Source: Thermoplasmatota archaeon
Lineage (GTDB): Archaea > Thermoplasmatota > E2 > DHVEG-1
Direction of reading: 5' to 3'
NCBI GenBank assembly: GCA_046496795.1
Contig: JAWOGM010000001.1
Span: forward strand, 1 to 52,326
Length of the DNA stretch: 52,326 nucleotides
The position numbers were made by a program, and so were the translations under genes. The notes below the pieces were generated by a model. It was not told the DNA's origin. It saw only the letters and a list, made by a program, of their open reading frames with translations, and did no database searches. Positions 39,895-51,280 of this stretch are shown here, piece after piece. The stretch's first letter is position 1. Every line of letters begins with the position of its first letter.

Positions 39895-40524
39895 TTAGAC
39901 TCCTTTTTTGTCACCCCATATAATCTTGTGTAGCTGAACTCCTAATCGTATATTGAGATGATCGTTTAGTATCCATGATACTAAGTCTTTAATATTTGTA
40001 CCCCAAACAGGTTGAAAAAATATTGTTGATTTAGAAGGATATTCTTTAAGTATTTTTTTAGCATATTCATAGTCTTTATTGTCTTTTATTATAAATTTGA
40101 GTTGATCGTTATTTTCTAGATGTAGGATGTTAGTATACTGCATTTGTTCATGCATTTTTGAAGAAGGACATTTGATATCAAGTGATATTGTTAAATTTTT
40201 TTTTTTAGTAATTTTTTTAATATCAATTGATCCATTTGTTTCAATAGATAAAAAATAGTTTTTTTCTAGAAGTTTATCAAGTAATAAAAAGATTTCTTCT
40301 TGAATTAAAGGCTCACCGCCAGTTAAGCATATGGTACTACATTTGAATCTATTAACATAGTCAACAATCTCTGAAATATCCATATCCATTCCTTGAGTAT
40401 AGGCATATGTTGTATCACAATATGAGCATCGAAGATTGCAACCTGTCGTTCTAATAAATATTGTAGGCATGCCAGTACATTTACCTTCCCCCTGAATCGA
40501 GTAAAAAATTTCATGTATTTTCAT
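39895..40524 (-). CDS. queE: 7-carboxy-7-deazaguanine synthase (radical SAM)
   Basis: EIFYSIQGEG, CNLRCSYCDT, TGGEP, ETNG and QLHK..W motifs. Confidence 0.92.
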   Translation of the reverse strand: MKIHEIFYSIQGEGKCTGMPTIFIRTTGCNLRCSYCDTTYAYTQGMDMDISEIVDYVNRFKCSTICLTGGEPLIQEEIFLLLDKLLEKNYFLSIETNGSIDIKKITKKKNLTISLDIKCPSSKMHEQMQYTNILHLENNDQLKFIIKDNKDYEYAKKILKEYPSKSTIFFQPVWGTNIKDLVSWILNDHLNIRLGVQLHKIIWGDKKGV

Positions 40525-40784
40525 TGTGAATATGTAATATATACCTCATTATAAAGTTACTGAAGTGTTTAGTATCTAAAAAAAATATACTCATGATTTA
40601 ATAAGAATACCACTCAATAGGAAGGGAAAAATATAGAGAGAATATACTATTTTTATTACCATCACCAATCAGGTATGTAAAGATATTTATAGAGGAAGCT
40701 TTATTAGGGGTAAGCCATTCCGACATTTGTTACTAAGTAGAGTGAGATATATATCTATAAATATTGGAATTGCGGCCCGTATTT

Positions 40785-40858
40785 GGGCCTGTAGCTCAGC
40801 TAGGTAGAGCATCTGGCTTTTAACCAGGTGGCCAAGGGTTCGAACCCCTTCAGGCCCG
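40785..40858 (+). tRNA. tRNA-Lys(TTT)
   Basis: GGGCCTG..CAGGCCC-G acceptor, anticodon loop CTTTTAA, T-loop GTTCGAAC. Confidence 0.97.
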
Positions 40859-40887
40859 CCTTATCCTCAACAAAGGAGGAGTGCCCC

Positions 40888-41151
40888 ATCGCAGTAAAAA
40901 AACCACAAGAAAAACGTTACTATATCCTCGAGCATAAGCTAGTTCCAGCCCATGAGATTCTTTCTGAAAAAGAGAAAAAGGATCTATTAACAAAATATGA
41001 TATTACTGCTGATCAGTTACCGAAAATTGTTTGCACAGATCCTGCAGCAAGTTCAATTGGGGCAGTACCTGGCCAGATTGTAAAAATTACAAGAGATAGT
41101 CGTACAGCAAAATATACTACTGCCTATCGATTAGTAATTGAAAGTGAATAA
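40888..41151 (+). CDS. rpoH: RNA polymerase subunit H/Rpo5 (probable ATC start)
   Basis: H.LVP.HEIL, QLPKI...DP, G.IVKI.R.S.T and YRLV motifs. GGAGG at 40875-79 lies 8 nt before an in-frame ATC. Confidence 0.95.
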   Translation: MAVKKPQEKRYYILEHKLVPAHEILSEKEKKDLLTKYDITADQLPKIVCTDPAASSIGAVPGQIVKITRDSRTAKYTTAYRLVIESE

Positions 41152-41217
41152 AAGAGAGGGTTATCTTTATTGGAAATTAGAATAGGAATATTGTAGCATT
41201 ATAGGTGTGATTATAAA

Positions 41218-44200
41218 ATGAGAGAACTTGTTGACGCTTTTTATAGGGACAGAGGAATTGTTAACCATCAAATTGCTTCATACAACGATTTTTTGGATCG
41301 TCGTCTTCAAAAAATTGTTAGTAGCACTGTTATTGGTCAAGAAGAAGATAGCATGGAGAAAGGTTTTATTTATCCTGAAATTGAAGGCTATAAAATTAAA
41401 TTTGGAAATATCAAAGTAAAAAACCCTGAGGTAAAAGAAGCCGATGGAACTGAGAGACCTTTAAAACCTATGGAGGCACGATTACGGGATTTAAATTATG
41501 AATCTCATGTGTATCTTGAGTTTATTCCAGTAAAAAATGATGTTGAATATGAACCAGAGTTAGTGCGAATCGGCGAATTACCCATAATGATTAAATCTAA
41601 AAAATGTAATATATCAAAACCAGTTCTAGAGGAGCGTTTAGATCGTCCAATATCAGACAGTGAATATATTAAAGAACTTCAAAAGATGCAAGAGGATCCT
41701 CTTGATCCTGGTGGATATTTTATTAGCAATGGAACTGAGCGTGTTTTAATTACTGTTGAAGATCTTGCACCCAATAGAGTTCTTGTGGAACGTTCAAGTA
41801 AATATGGAACTGATGTTGAAGTTGCTAAAGTATTTTCTCAACGAGAAGGTTATCGCGCGTTAACTGTTGTTGAAAAGAAAAAAGATGGCATGTTAATGGT
41901 TTCTCTTCCAACAACATATGGTCAAATACCTCTTATTATTCTTTTGAAATCTCTTGGAATGGAAAGTGATGAAGAAATTGTTGATGTCATCTGTGTTGAT
42001 CCTAAAATGGAGCCGTATATTCTTGCAAATATTGAAGAATGTGCAAAGGAATATGGAATCACTAGCAAAGAGGAGGCAAATGCATATCTTGGTAAAAAGT
42101 TTGCAGGCGGTCAGGCTAAAGAGTACCGTGTAAAACGTATTGAGACTATTATGGATCGTCATCTTCTTGCACACCTTGGAAATTCTCCTGATGACCGCTT
42201 CACTAAAGCAATTTTTATGGCACGTATGGGAATGGCTGTTTTAGAGCTTGCTTTAGGAAAAAGAGAGCCCGATGATAAAGATCATTACGCAAACAAACGA
42301 TTAAAACTTGCAGGAGATCTTATGGAAGATCTGTTTAGGGTTGCATTTACTGCTCTTTGTAAAGATTTAAAATATCAAATTGAACGGGTTCATGCAAAAG
42401 GAAAAGAAATCAAAATTACATCATCCTTGCGCTCTGATGTGCTAAGTCAGCGAATTCATCATGCTCTTGCAACAGGAAACTGGGTTGGTGGAAGAGCAGG
42501 TATCTCTCAACTTCTTGATAGAACAAGTAACCTTGCAGTTTGTAGTCATCTGCGTAGAGTAACCTCTCCTTTGACACGATCTCAACCGCATTTTGAAGCG
42601 CGTGATTTACATTCAACTCAATGGGGTAGATTATGTCCTAATGAGACACCTGAGGGGCCAAATTGTGGTCTTGTAAAAAATCTTTCGCTTGCAGTTGAAA
42701 TTTCAGAAGGTTTACTTGAGAAAGAAATTGAAGGAGTTCTAAGAGAGTTAGGAATTAAAGATATTACTAAAAATACTTCTGGTTCTCGTGTGTATCTTAA
42801 CGGTGATCTTATCGGTATTCATCCAAATGGAGAAGAATTAGTGGATCAGATTCGAGATCGTCGAAGGAAAGGTTTACTTAGTAATGAAATAAATGTCACG
42901 TATGATACTGAAGGAAATGATGTCATTGTCAATTGTGATTGCGGTAGACTTCGTAGACCTCTTCTTGTTGTGAAAAATAAAAAACTAATGCTTACTGATA
43001 AATATCTCAAAGAATTACAAGAGGGAAATAAGAAATGGATTGATCTCATCAATGAAGGTATTGTGGAGTATATCGATGCTGAGGAAGAGGAAAACACATT
43101 GATTGCATTAACAAAAAAAGATATCACTGCAAAACATACTCATATGGAGCTTGATCCTATGTGTATTCTTGGTATTGGTGCCTCCTTGGTCCCTTATCCT
43201 GAACATAACTCTTCTCCAAGAATCACGATGGGTGCTGGTATGGGTAAGCAGTCATTAGGATTTGGTGCAGCTAATTACAGGATTCGCCCTGACACCCGCG
43301 GGCATTTAATGCATTATCCTCAGATGCCCCTAGTACAAACCCATCCTATTTCCTATATTAAATTTAGGGAAAGACCTGCAGGGCAAAACTTTATTGTTGC
43401 TATAGCATCTTTTGAAGGATATAACATGCAAGATGCAATTGTAATGAGTAAATCTGCAATAGAGAGAGGCATGGCACGTAGTTCCTTTATGAGAACGTAT
43501 CGTAGTGAAGAAAAACGATATCCTGGTGGTCAAGAGGATCACTTCGAGATACCTAACCCAGATTGCCGTGGTGTCAGAAGTGACGATGCCTATAACAATC
43601 TTGGTGAGGATGGATTAATCTCTCCTGAATCTAATGTCAATGGAGGAGATGTCCTGATTGGGAAAACATCTCCACCTCGGTTTTTAGAGGAACCGACAGA
43701 TTTTCTCACTCCTCAGAAACGAAGGGAAACTTCGGTAACAGTCCAGTCTGGTGAGGGCGGAGTTGTTGATAAAGTAATGTTATCTGAATCTGTAAATGGA
43801 TCGCGTATGGTTAAAATTAAGGTTCGTGAGCAGCGTATCCCTGAATGTGGAGATAAATTTGCATCCAAACATGGACAGAAAGGAGTTATCGGTTATATTG
43901 TTCCGCAGGAAAACATGCCTTTTACCGAGGAGGGTATGTCTCCGGATCTTATCATTAACCCACATGCAATTCCATCTAGGATGACTGTTGCCCATGTTCT
44001 AGAGATGATTGGTGGTAAGGTTGCATCACTTGAAGGACGAGTTGTGGATGGGACCGCTTTTAGTGGAGAAAATGAGGTTTCGATGCGTGAGGCTTTGATT
44101 AAAAATAATTTTAAACATAATGGAAAAGAAGTTTTTTATGATGGTTTAACAGGTAAACCATTAGAATGTGATGTATTTGTTGGATGTATCTATTATCAAA

Positions 44201-44583
44201 AGCTTCATCACATGGTTGCTGGTAAAATCCATGCTCGATCACGTGGCCCAGTTCAGATATTAACCCGTCAGCCAACTGAAGGAAGAGCTCGAGAGGGTGG
44301 TCTTCGATTTGGGGAGATGGAACGAGATTGTCTCATTGGTCATGGCGCTTCAATGGTAATTAAAGATAGATTACTTGATGAATCCGATATTACTATGAAA
44401 TATGTATGTAACACCTGTGGACATATTGCAGGAATAGATAGGCACGGAAGACTTTATTGTTCTGTTTGTGCAGATAAAGCAGATATCAGTCCAGTTGAGA
44501 TGAGCTATGCGTTTAAGTTGTTGATTGATGAGTTAAAATCATTGGTTGTTGTACCAAGAATTAAATTAAAATCGCTTGTGTAG
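41218..44583 (+). CDS. rpoB: RNA polymerase subunit B/Rpo2 (unsplit)
   Basis: [41 protein letters not shown] and a C-terminal zinc motif. Confidence 0.98.
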   Translation: MRELVDAFYRDRGIVNHQIASYNDFLDRRLQKIVSSTVIGQEEDSMEKGFIYPEIEGYKIKFGNIKVKNPEVKEADGTERPLKPMEARLRDLNYESHVYLEFIPVKNDVEYEPELVRIGELPIMIKSKKCNISKPVLEERLDRPISDSEYIKELQKMQEDPLDPGGYFISNGTERVLITVEDLAPNRVLVERSSKYGTDVEVAKVFSQREGYRALTVVEKKKDGMLMVSLPTTYGQIPLIILLKSLGMESDEEIVDVICVDPKMEPYILANIEECAKEYGITSKEEANAYLGKKFAGGQAKEYRVKRIETIMDRHLLAHLGNSPDDRFTKAIFMARMGMAVLELALGKREPDDKDHYANKRLKLAGDLMEDLFRVAFTALCKDLKYQIERVHAKGKEIKITSSLRSDVLSQRIHHALATGNWVGGRAGISQLLDRTSNLAVCSHLRRVTSPLTRSQPHFEARDLHSTQWGRLCPNETPEGPNCGLVKNLSLAVEISEGLLEKEIEGVLRELGIKDITKNTSGSRVYLNGDLIGIHPNGEELVDQIRDRRRKGLLSNEINVTYDTEGNDVIVNCDCGRLRRPLLVVKNKKLMLTDKYLKELQEGNKKWIDLINEGIVEYIDAEEEENTLIALTKKDITAKHTHMELDPMCILGIGASLVPYPEHNSSPRITMGAGMGKQSLGFGAANYRIRPDTRGHLMHYPQMPLVQTHPISYIKFRERPAGQNFIVAIASFEGYNMQDAIVMSKSAIERGMARSSFMRTYRSEEKRYPGGQEDHFEIPNPDCRGVRSDDAYNNLGEDGLISPESNVNGGDVLIGKTSPPRFLEEPTDFLTPQKRRETSVTVQSGEGGVVDKVMLSESVNGSRMVKIKVREQRIPECGDKFASKHGQKGVIGYIVPQENMPFTEEGMSPDLIINPHAIPSRMTVAHVLEMIGGKVASLEGRVVDGTAFSGENEVSMREALIKNNFKHNGKEVFYDGLTGKPLECDVFVGCIYYQKLHHMVAGKIHARSRGPVQILTRQPTEGRAREGGLRFGEMERDCLIGHGASMVIKDRLLDESDITMKYVCNTCGHIAGIDRHGRLYCSVCADKADISPVEMSYAFKLLIDELKSLVVVPRIKLKSLV

Positions 44584-44593
44584 GAGAAGTAAA

Positions 44594-47254
44594 ATGTCAA
44601 GATTAAGAAGTGTGACAAAAAAAATAGATAGACTAGAATTCTCAGTTCTCTCACCTAATGAGATAAGAAAAATGAGTGCTATTAAGGTTATTACGGCAGA
44701 TACCTATGATGATGATGGGTTTCCCATAACTATGGGCTTGATGGATCAACGATTAAGTGTTATTGAGCCAGGGTTACGATGTAAAACGTGTGGCTTAAAG
44801 GTTGGTAAAGATAAATGTCCTGGTCATTTTGGTCATATCGATCTGGCAATGCCTGTTGTTCACGTTGGTTTTGTAAAAACCATTCGAAATAGCTTGCGTT
44901 CATCATGTCGTGATTGTGGTAGAATTCTTCTTCCTGATAAAAGGATAGAGGAATATAAAGCATTAATTAAGAAAAATAAAAATGAGGGTAGAGATAATGC
45001 CTATGTTTTTAAATCCTTAATTGCAGAATGTGTAAAAATGGATTCATGTCCACACTGTGGTCATGTTGCCAGTAAAATTGAATTAGATAAACCAACATCA
45101 TTTAGAGAAGGTGGAAAAAAATTAACTCCCACTGAAATAAGGGAGTGGTTGGAGAAAATTCGTGATGATGAACTTCCTTTATTTGATATTGATAAAAAAT
45201 CAGCTCGGCCTGAGTGGATGGTTCTAACAGTCTTACCAGTTCCACCAGTTACCGTTCGTCCTTCTGTCACGCTTGAATCTGGAGAACGTTCAGAGGATGA
45301 TCTCACCCATAAACTTGTTGATGTTATCCGTATTAATCAAAGATTACAGGAGAATAGAGATGCTGGAGCGCCACAGCTTATTGTTGAGGATCTCTGGGAG
45401 CTTCTTCAGTATCATGTAACAACCTATCTTGATAATCAAACATCAGGGATACCTCCTGCAAGACATCGGTCTGGTCGACCATTAAAGACTCTTGCACAGC
45501 GGTTGAAAGGCAAAGAGGGAAGGTTTAGGAGTAATCTTTCTGGGAAACGTGTTAATTTCTCTGCTCGTACGGTTATCTCACCAGATCCTAATCTTAGTAT
45601 TAATGAAATTGGAGTCCCTGTTGAGATAGCAAGAGAACTTACCATACCTGTACGGGTGACTCATCATAATATTGATTGGTGTAAACAAATCATTATGCAA
45701 AGTGCTATTGAATCTGAACATTATATTCCAAAAGTTAATTATTTGAAGCGGTATAGAGGCGAGATTGAGCAGAGGTTAAAGGTTACTGATAGGAATGCTG
45801 AGGATATCGCTGAGAAACTAGAGATCGGGTCTGTTATTGAGCGGCAATTAACCGATGGAGATATCTGTCTGTTTAATCGTCAGCCTTCTCTTCATCGTAT
45901 GTCTATGATGGCTCATACCATTAAAGTTGTTCCTAATAAATCTTTTCGGTTTAATCTTTCTGTTTGTCCTCCTTATAATGCTGATTTTGATGGAGATGAA
46001 ATGAATCTGCATCTTATTCAGGGCGAGGAAGCCAAAGCTGAAGCTGAGTTATTGATGAAGGTTCAAGAAAATATCTTATCACCTCGTTTTGGTGGTGTTA
46101 TTATTGGAGGTCTTCATGATCATATCACAGGATGTTTCTTGTTGACCTATAAAGATAAGAAGTTTACAAAAACCACAGCAATGCAGATACTCTCATCATT
46201 TCATTATAAGGGCCCTCTGCCAAAAACACATGTCGAAGATGGAATTGAATATATATACGGGCGAGACATTTTTAGTGTCGTTCTCTCTAAAGATCTTAAT
46301 ATGGAATATAAAGCAAAGTCATGTCAGAATTGTGATGTCTGTACAGCTCCTGATTGCCCGTATGGAGCATATGTTATTATTAGAAACGGTGTGTTAAAAC
46401 AGGGAATTATTGATGATAACAGTATTGGATCATTTAAAGGAAGAATTATTGAAAGAATTGTTCGTGAGAATGGTACAGATGCGGGAAGGAAATTTATTGA
46501 TGATGTCACCCGTCTTGGAATAGCTGTTGTCACAAAGATTGGGTTTACTACAAGTATTGATGATGAGGATATTCCTATAGAAGCACGAAGGCAGATTGAG
46601 GAGGGATTGAAAAAAGCACAGCAGAAAATTAATAATTTGGTGGCTGCCTATGAAAAGGATGAACTCGAAGCACTCCCAGGAAGAAGCGTTGAGGAGACCA
46701 TTGAAATTGAGATTATGAGAGTCACGGGAAGAGCTCGAGACATGGCTGGTGAAATCGCAGGAAGATATCTAGGATTAAGTAATAGTGCAGTGATCATGGC
46801 TAAATCTGGTGCTCGTGGTTCTATGCTCAATCTTTCTCAGATGTGTGGTATTGTTGGTCAGCAGGCAGTACGAGGAGAGCGTATTTCGCGTGGATATAAA
46901 TATCGGACTCTTCCACATTTTGAGCGGGGAGATTTAGGTGCTAGTGCGAAAGGATTTGTTGCAAGTTGCTATAAGAATGGGTTGAATCCAACTGAATATT
47001 TCTTCCATTCAATGGGAGGAAGGGAAGGTCTTGTTGATACCGCAGTTCGTACATCCCGTTCAGGTTATATGCAGCGAAGACTTGTCAATGCACTTGAAGA
47101 TTTGAAAGTTGAAAATGATAAAACGGTTCGTAAAACAGATGGTGAAATCATTCAATTTATCTATGGTGAAGACGGTGTGGATCCTGCGAGAAGTTGCAAT
47201 GGAGAAGCTATAGATATTGATAGAATTTTATATGATGTGAAAGCGGAGGATTAA
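44594..47254 (+). CDS. rpoA1: RNA polymerase subunit A'/Rpo1N
   Basis: CPGHFGH, catalytic [11 protein letters not shown] and [13 protein letters not shown]; ATG 44594 with GGAG upstream. Confidence 0.98.
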   Translation: MSRLRSVTKKIDRLEFSVLSPNEIRKMSAIKVITADTYDDDGFPITMGLMDQRLSVIEPGLRCKTCGLKVGKDKCPGHFGHIDLAMPVVHVGFVKTIRNSLRSSCRDCGRILLPDKRIEEYKALIKKNKNEGRDNAYVFKSLIAECVKMDSCPHCGHVASKIELDKPTSFREGGKKLTPTEIREWLEKIRDDELPLFDIDKKSARPEWMVLTVLPVPPVTVRPSVTLESGERSEDDLTHKLVDVIRINQRLQENRDAGAPQLIVEDLWELLQYHVTTYLDNQTSGIPPARHRSGRPLKTLAQRLKGKEGRFRSNLSGKRVNFSARTVISPDPNLSINEIGVPVEIARELTIPVRVTHHNIDWCKQIIMQSAIESEHYIPKVNYLKRYRGEIEQRLKVTDRNAEDIAEKLEIGSVIERQLTDGDICLFNRQPSLHRMSMMAHTIKVVPNKSFRFNLSVCPPYNADFDGDEMNLHLIQGEEAKAEAELLMKVQENILSPRFGGVIIGGLHDHITGCFLLTYKDKKFTKTTAMQILSSFHYKGPLPKTHVEDGIEYIYGRDIFSVVLSKDLNMEYKAKSCQNCDVCTAPDCPYGAYVIIRNGVLKQGIIDDNSIGSFKGRIIERIVRENGTDAGRKFIDDVTRLGIAVVTKIGFTTSIDDEDIPIEARRQIEEGLKKAQQKINNLVAAYEKDELEALPGRSVEETIEIEIMRVTGRARDMAGEIAGRYLGLSNSAVIMAKSGARGSMLNLSQMCGIVGQQAVRGERISRGYKYRTLPHFERGDLGASAKGFVASCYKNGLNPTEYFFHSMGGREGLVDTAVRTSRSGYMQRRLVNALEDLKVENDKTVRKTDGEIIQFIYGEDGVDPARSCNGEAIDIDRILYDVKAED

Positions 47255-47256
47255 TC

Positions 47257-48789
47257 ATGGCAAAAACTTCATCTACCAGTGATAAGGATAAAAAAACAGC
47301 AAAGAAAAACAAAGATTTGTCTGATAAAAACAAAAAGATAAAAGAAACAGTTGCTGCTAAAAAAACAGTGAAATCCCGTGAAACCACAGATACGAAAAAA
47401 CAAAAAAGTATCAAGAAAACCAAAAAAGAAAAAACATCTAAACCTCTTGAAGAAATAAGTACTGAACCCACCATAAAAAACAATAAAAAGCAAACAAAAA
47501 AATCAAAACAAAAAACAGGTAAAAAAACAGCAAAGAAAAAAACTGAAAAAACTGAACCTGAAAAAGTGGTGAAGGTTCCAGCACCAATAAAAAAAGATGA
47601 GGAATCAAAAGAACATAAGAAGATCCGTGATAAAATAAATACTATTCTCAAAAATCAATTTCTCCCTCGTTCAATCATTGATCATTTAACTGATAGAATA
47701 TTAAAAGATAAATCTCTAGAGTCAAAGATACCCCTTATTATTGAGAAATCATTAAAAGAGTATAGCAAAAATTGCATTGATCCAACAGAAGCTTGTGGCA
47801 TGGTTGGTGCTCAAAGTATTGGGGAGCCGGGTACTCAGATGACAATGAGAACATTTCACTATGCAGGAGTTGCTGAGATTAACGTTACATTAGGTCTACC
47901 TCGTCTGATTGAGATTGTTGATGCTCGCTCTGTTCCCTCTACACCTATGATGACTATTTATCTGCAGAATGAATATAGATTAAGTCCTGACCTTGCAAAA
48001 GAAATTGCTAATAAAATTGAGATAACAACTCTGACTGATGTTGCTGATATTGAAATGGATTTAATTAATATTGTTATCTTTATTAAACCAGATCAAAAAA
48101 CAATGGAAAAGAAAGGGTTAACGCTTGAAGAGATGTTAGAGAGTGTTCAATCAATTCGAAAAATTGAGGCGAAAATTGAAAAAAAAGTTATCAAAATAAC
48201 CCTTGATGAACCAGGATATATGAAACTTCAGGCGGTCAATGAGGCATTAAAATCATTAAAAATCAAAGGAATCGATGGGATTAAACGGGTGATTATCAGA
48301 AAAGAACCCCAGGAAGGATATGTTATTTATAGTGAGGGAAGTAATTTAAAAGAAGTGTTAGCTATTGAAGGTGTTGACCCCTATAGAACTGTTACCAATG
48401 ACATTCATGCAGTGCTGCGTGAGTTAGGAATTGAGGCGGCACGAAATATTATTATCCAAGAAGCATATAATACTCTCTCTGAGCAGGGCTTACTTGTTGA
48501 TTTAAGGCATATCATGCTTGTTGCTGATGTGATGACCGCTGATGGATATGTTCGAGCGATAGGTAGACATGGTGTTAGTGGAGAAAAAAGCTCTGTTCTT
48601 TCAAGAGCTGCATTTGAAATTACGGTGAATCATCTGCTTCTTGCAAGTCAACGTGGGGAGTCGGATACATTAAATGGCGTTGCTGAAAACATTATTGTGG
48701 GACAACCTGTTAATTTAGGGACAGGGGCAGTTGAGCTTGTTATGAGTCGTAGTCCGCCAAAAAAGACGTCAAAAAAGAAGAGGAAGTAA
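47257..48789 (+). CDS. rpoA2: RNA polymerase subunit A''/Rpo1C with ~120-aa Lys-rich N-terminal extension
   Basis: [36 protein letters not shown] and ENIIVGQ motifs; SD GGAGG before ATG 47257. Confidence 0.97.
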   Translation: MAKTSSTSDKDKKTAKKNKDLSDKNKKIKETVAAKKTVKSRETTDTKKQKSIKKTKKEKTSKPLEEISTEPTIKNNKKQTKKSKQKTGKKTAKKKTEKTEPEKVVKVPAPIKKDEESKEHKKIRDKINTILKNQFLPRSIIDHLTDRILKDKSLESKIPLIIEKSLKEYSKNCIDPTEACGMVGAQSIGEPGTQMTMRTFHYAGVAEINVTLGLPRLIEIVDARSVPSTPMMTIYLQNEYRLSPDLAKEIANKIEITTLTDVADIEMDLINIVIFIKPDQKTMEKKGLTLEEMLESVQSIRKIEAKIEKKVIKITLDEPGYMKLQAVNEALKSLKIKGIDGIKRVIIRKEPQEGYVIYSEGSNLKEVLAIEGVDPYRTVTNDIHAVLRELGIEAARNIIIQEAYNTLSEQGLLVDLRHIMLVADVMTADGYVRAIGRHGVSGEKSSVLSRAAFEITVNHLLLASQRGESDTLNGVAENIIVGQPVNLGTGAVELVMSRSPPKKTSKKKRK

Positions 48790-48790
48790 C

Positions 48791-49093
48791 ATGGTAGATG
48801 TAAATAAAGTAATAAAAGGGGTAGTAAAGAAAGGAACCATTAAAGTAGGTGAGAAACAAACAAAGATTTCATTGGAGAATGGTACGGCAAAACTTGTTAT
48901 TATATCGAGTAACTGTCCATATTCTCAAGAGATAGAAACATTGTCTAAACAGAAAAATATCCCCCTGTATCAGTATAGTTCAAATGGTATTGATTTAGGA
49001 TATGCTTGTGGGAAAAAATTTACGATTTCTTCTCTTGCCGTCATCGATGAAGGGGATTCCAATATTTTTCAATTAGTAAAAAAAGGAAAATAA
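48791..49093 (+). CDS. rpl30e: 50S ribosomal protein eL30
   Basis: G...G.KQT, KLVIISSNCP and LG.ACGK motifs; position after rpoA2. Confidence 0.95.
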   Translation: MVDVNKVIKGVVKKGTIKVGEKQTKISLENGTAKLVIISSNCPYSQEIETLSKQKNIPLYQYSSNGIDLGYACGKKFTISSLAVIDEGDSNIFQLVKKGK

Positions 49094-49097
49094 TACA

Positions 49098-49520
49098 ATG
49101 GCAGAAATTACTTTTTCAAATGAAACCGTACAATATATTAGTATGGCAACTAAATACACCAAGGCAGCTATTATTGATTGCATTATTGAAGATGACCGTA
49201 TCATTTTTGTTGTCGAGAAAGGCCAAGTTGGTATTGCTCTTGGTAGTAAAGCTAAACATTTAGAGAAACTTCGTGCTTTATTTAAGAAAAATGTTAAATT
49301 TGTTGAATATGACTCAGATAAGCAACGCTTTATCCGTAATCTGTGTAAACCCTATGAGGTCGACGATATAGCATTTGATGGAGAAGAAGAGGTTCTTGTG
49401 AGAATTATGGTCAATGCTCGTGATAAATCTAAGCTGATTGGCAAAGGTGGTCGTAATATTAATATGATTAGAAAGATAGCTCAGAGACATCATCATATTA
49501 AAGACGTACAAATAAAATAG
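49098..49520 (+). CDS. nusA: Archaeal NusA-like transcription factor
   Basis: Two KH domains (IDC...DDR..FVV..G, IGKGGRNI); operon position. Confidence 0.94.
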   Translation: MAEITFSNETVQYISMATKYTKAAIIDCIIEDDRIIFVVEKGQVGIALGSKAKHLEKLRALFKKNVKFVEYDSDKQRFIRNLCKPYEVDDIAFDGEEEVLVRIMVNARDKSKLIGKGGRNINMIRKIAQRHHHIKDVQIK

Positions 49521-49719
49521 CATGCCTAAAACAATAATCATCTCAAATTTACCAAATAAGGATGATAGCTTGAGTTGTTGGGAGGCTTTCATTGAATATA
49601 CAAAAAGATGATCAACTTGGTTTATACTATCTGATGAGATGCTATACATTTTTTTTATATGTTTTTACAGCAGGTATAGTATTTTATAAAAATTGTTTAG
49701 TATATAAAGGAGGGTTGTC

Positions 49720-51280
49720 ATGAAACAGGCAAGACTGCACAGTCATCCAATTCTAGCCGTTAACGATGATGATCCTGAAATTTTTTTTTATTTTAATGGG
49801 AAAAAATTATCTGCAAAACCAGGAGAGATGATTTCTTCTGCGTTGTTTGCCAATGGCATTCATATCTTTGGGCGTCATCAGAAGGATAATGCTGCTCAGG
49901 GAATGTTTTGTGCCAATGGTCAATGTTCTCAATGTCTTGTGATAGCTGATTCAATCCCTGTTAAGGCCTGTGTTACTCCTGTACATGAGGGTATGCAGGT
50001 ATTTTCTCTTGATGGATTACCGCCGCTACCCCAGGATGATACTCCTCTTAAAAAAATGGGTACTGTGTCTGAATATTCCACGGAGGTTCTTATTGTTGGT
50101 GGTGGTCCTGCGGGTTTATCTGCTGCATTAGAGCTGGCAAAAAAAAATATCTCCTGTATTATTTGTGATGATAAAAAAGATCTTGGCGGTAAACTTGGGT
50201 TGCAGACACATAATTTTTTTGGTTCAATTAAGGACTGTTATGCTGGGAGTCGAGGTATGGATATCGGGAATTTGTTGGCTGATGAATTGAAACAATATCC
50301 CTGTGTTTCTATTTGGACTAATTCTCCTGTTGTAGGCGTGTTTTCTGATAAAAAGGTTGGTGTCGTTCGAAATGGTCGATATGTCCTTGTCAAACCAGAG
50401 CATATGATAATTGCCACAGGTGCTCGTGAGAAAACGGTATCGTTTCCGGGTTGTGATCTGCCGGGCGTGTATGGTGCTGGTGCATTTCAGACTCTTGTTA
50501 ATAGAGATTGCATTAAACCAACAGATAAACTTTTTATTCTAGGTGGGGGAAATGTCGGGCTTATTTGTGCATATCATGCGCTTCAGGCAGGTATTGATGT
50601 AGTGGGGCTTGCTGAGGCCATGGCGGCATGTGGAGGATATAAAGTTCATCTTGATAAAATTAAACGACTCGGTGTTCCTGTGTTTACCTCTCATACTGTT
50701 GTACGAGCTGAAGGTGTTGATCATGTACAACGAGTCATTATTGCTCAAATCGATAAAAATTTTAGACCTATCGCTGGTTCAGAGAAAGCTTTTAATGTTG
50801 ATACGCTTCTTATCGCTGTTGGTCTTTCTCCTGTTGATGAGTTTGTGAAGCAGGCTGAATTATTTGGTTTTTCTTTGTATACATCAGGTGATGCTGATTG
50901 TATCTCTGAGGCATCTGCAGCTATGATTTCAGGTAAAATCGTTGCTAAAGAGTTGTTGAAGGATAAAGGATTTACTGTCAAGATCCCTAAAAAATGGTTG
51001 GAGATGGTTGATGTCTTTCGAAGTCCCCCGGGCCCTGTGAAAGGTTTGTATGCTCTTCCTAAAAAACGTTTAGTGTATCCAGTTATTCGGTGTGATCAGG
51101 AGATTCCCTGTAATCCCTGCACAGAGGTATGCAAATTTAATAGTATTTTGATTCCTGAGAAAAATATTATGGGTCGTCCACGTTTTGAAGGTGAGTGTGT
51201 TGGTTGTCTACGATGTGTTGCTATCTGTCCAGGTTGTGCAATCACCCTTGTTGATAAACGATATGATACATCTAAAAAGA
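49720..51280 (+). CDS. FAD/NAD-dependent oxidoreductase with 2Fe-2S and 4Fe-4S domains (sarcosine oxidase alpha / dye-linked proline dehydrogenase-like), 3'-truncated at junction
   Basis: CANGQCSQC..AC, GGGPAG, ATGARE, GGGNVG, CDQEIPCNPC..VC and CVGCLRC...CP. The last ~16 codons in the ORF track derive from foreign sequence. Confidence 0.85.

Noticed and set aside
40774-40789. Upstream GGCCC able to pair with the tRNA-Lys 5' end (similar 6-nt match near tRNA-Ala at ~19455)
   Set aside because: Only 5-6 bp, and the tRNA-Ala copy appears to lie upstream of the likely promoter; indistinguishable from chance.
40828-40887. ORF-track GTG start and N-terminal extension of RpoH
   Set aside because: The start lies inside tRNA-Lys and the peptide is just translated T-arm and acceptor sequence.
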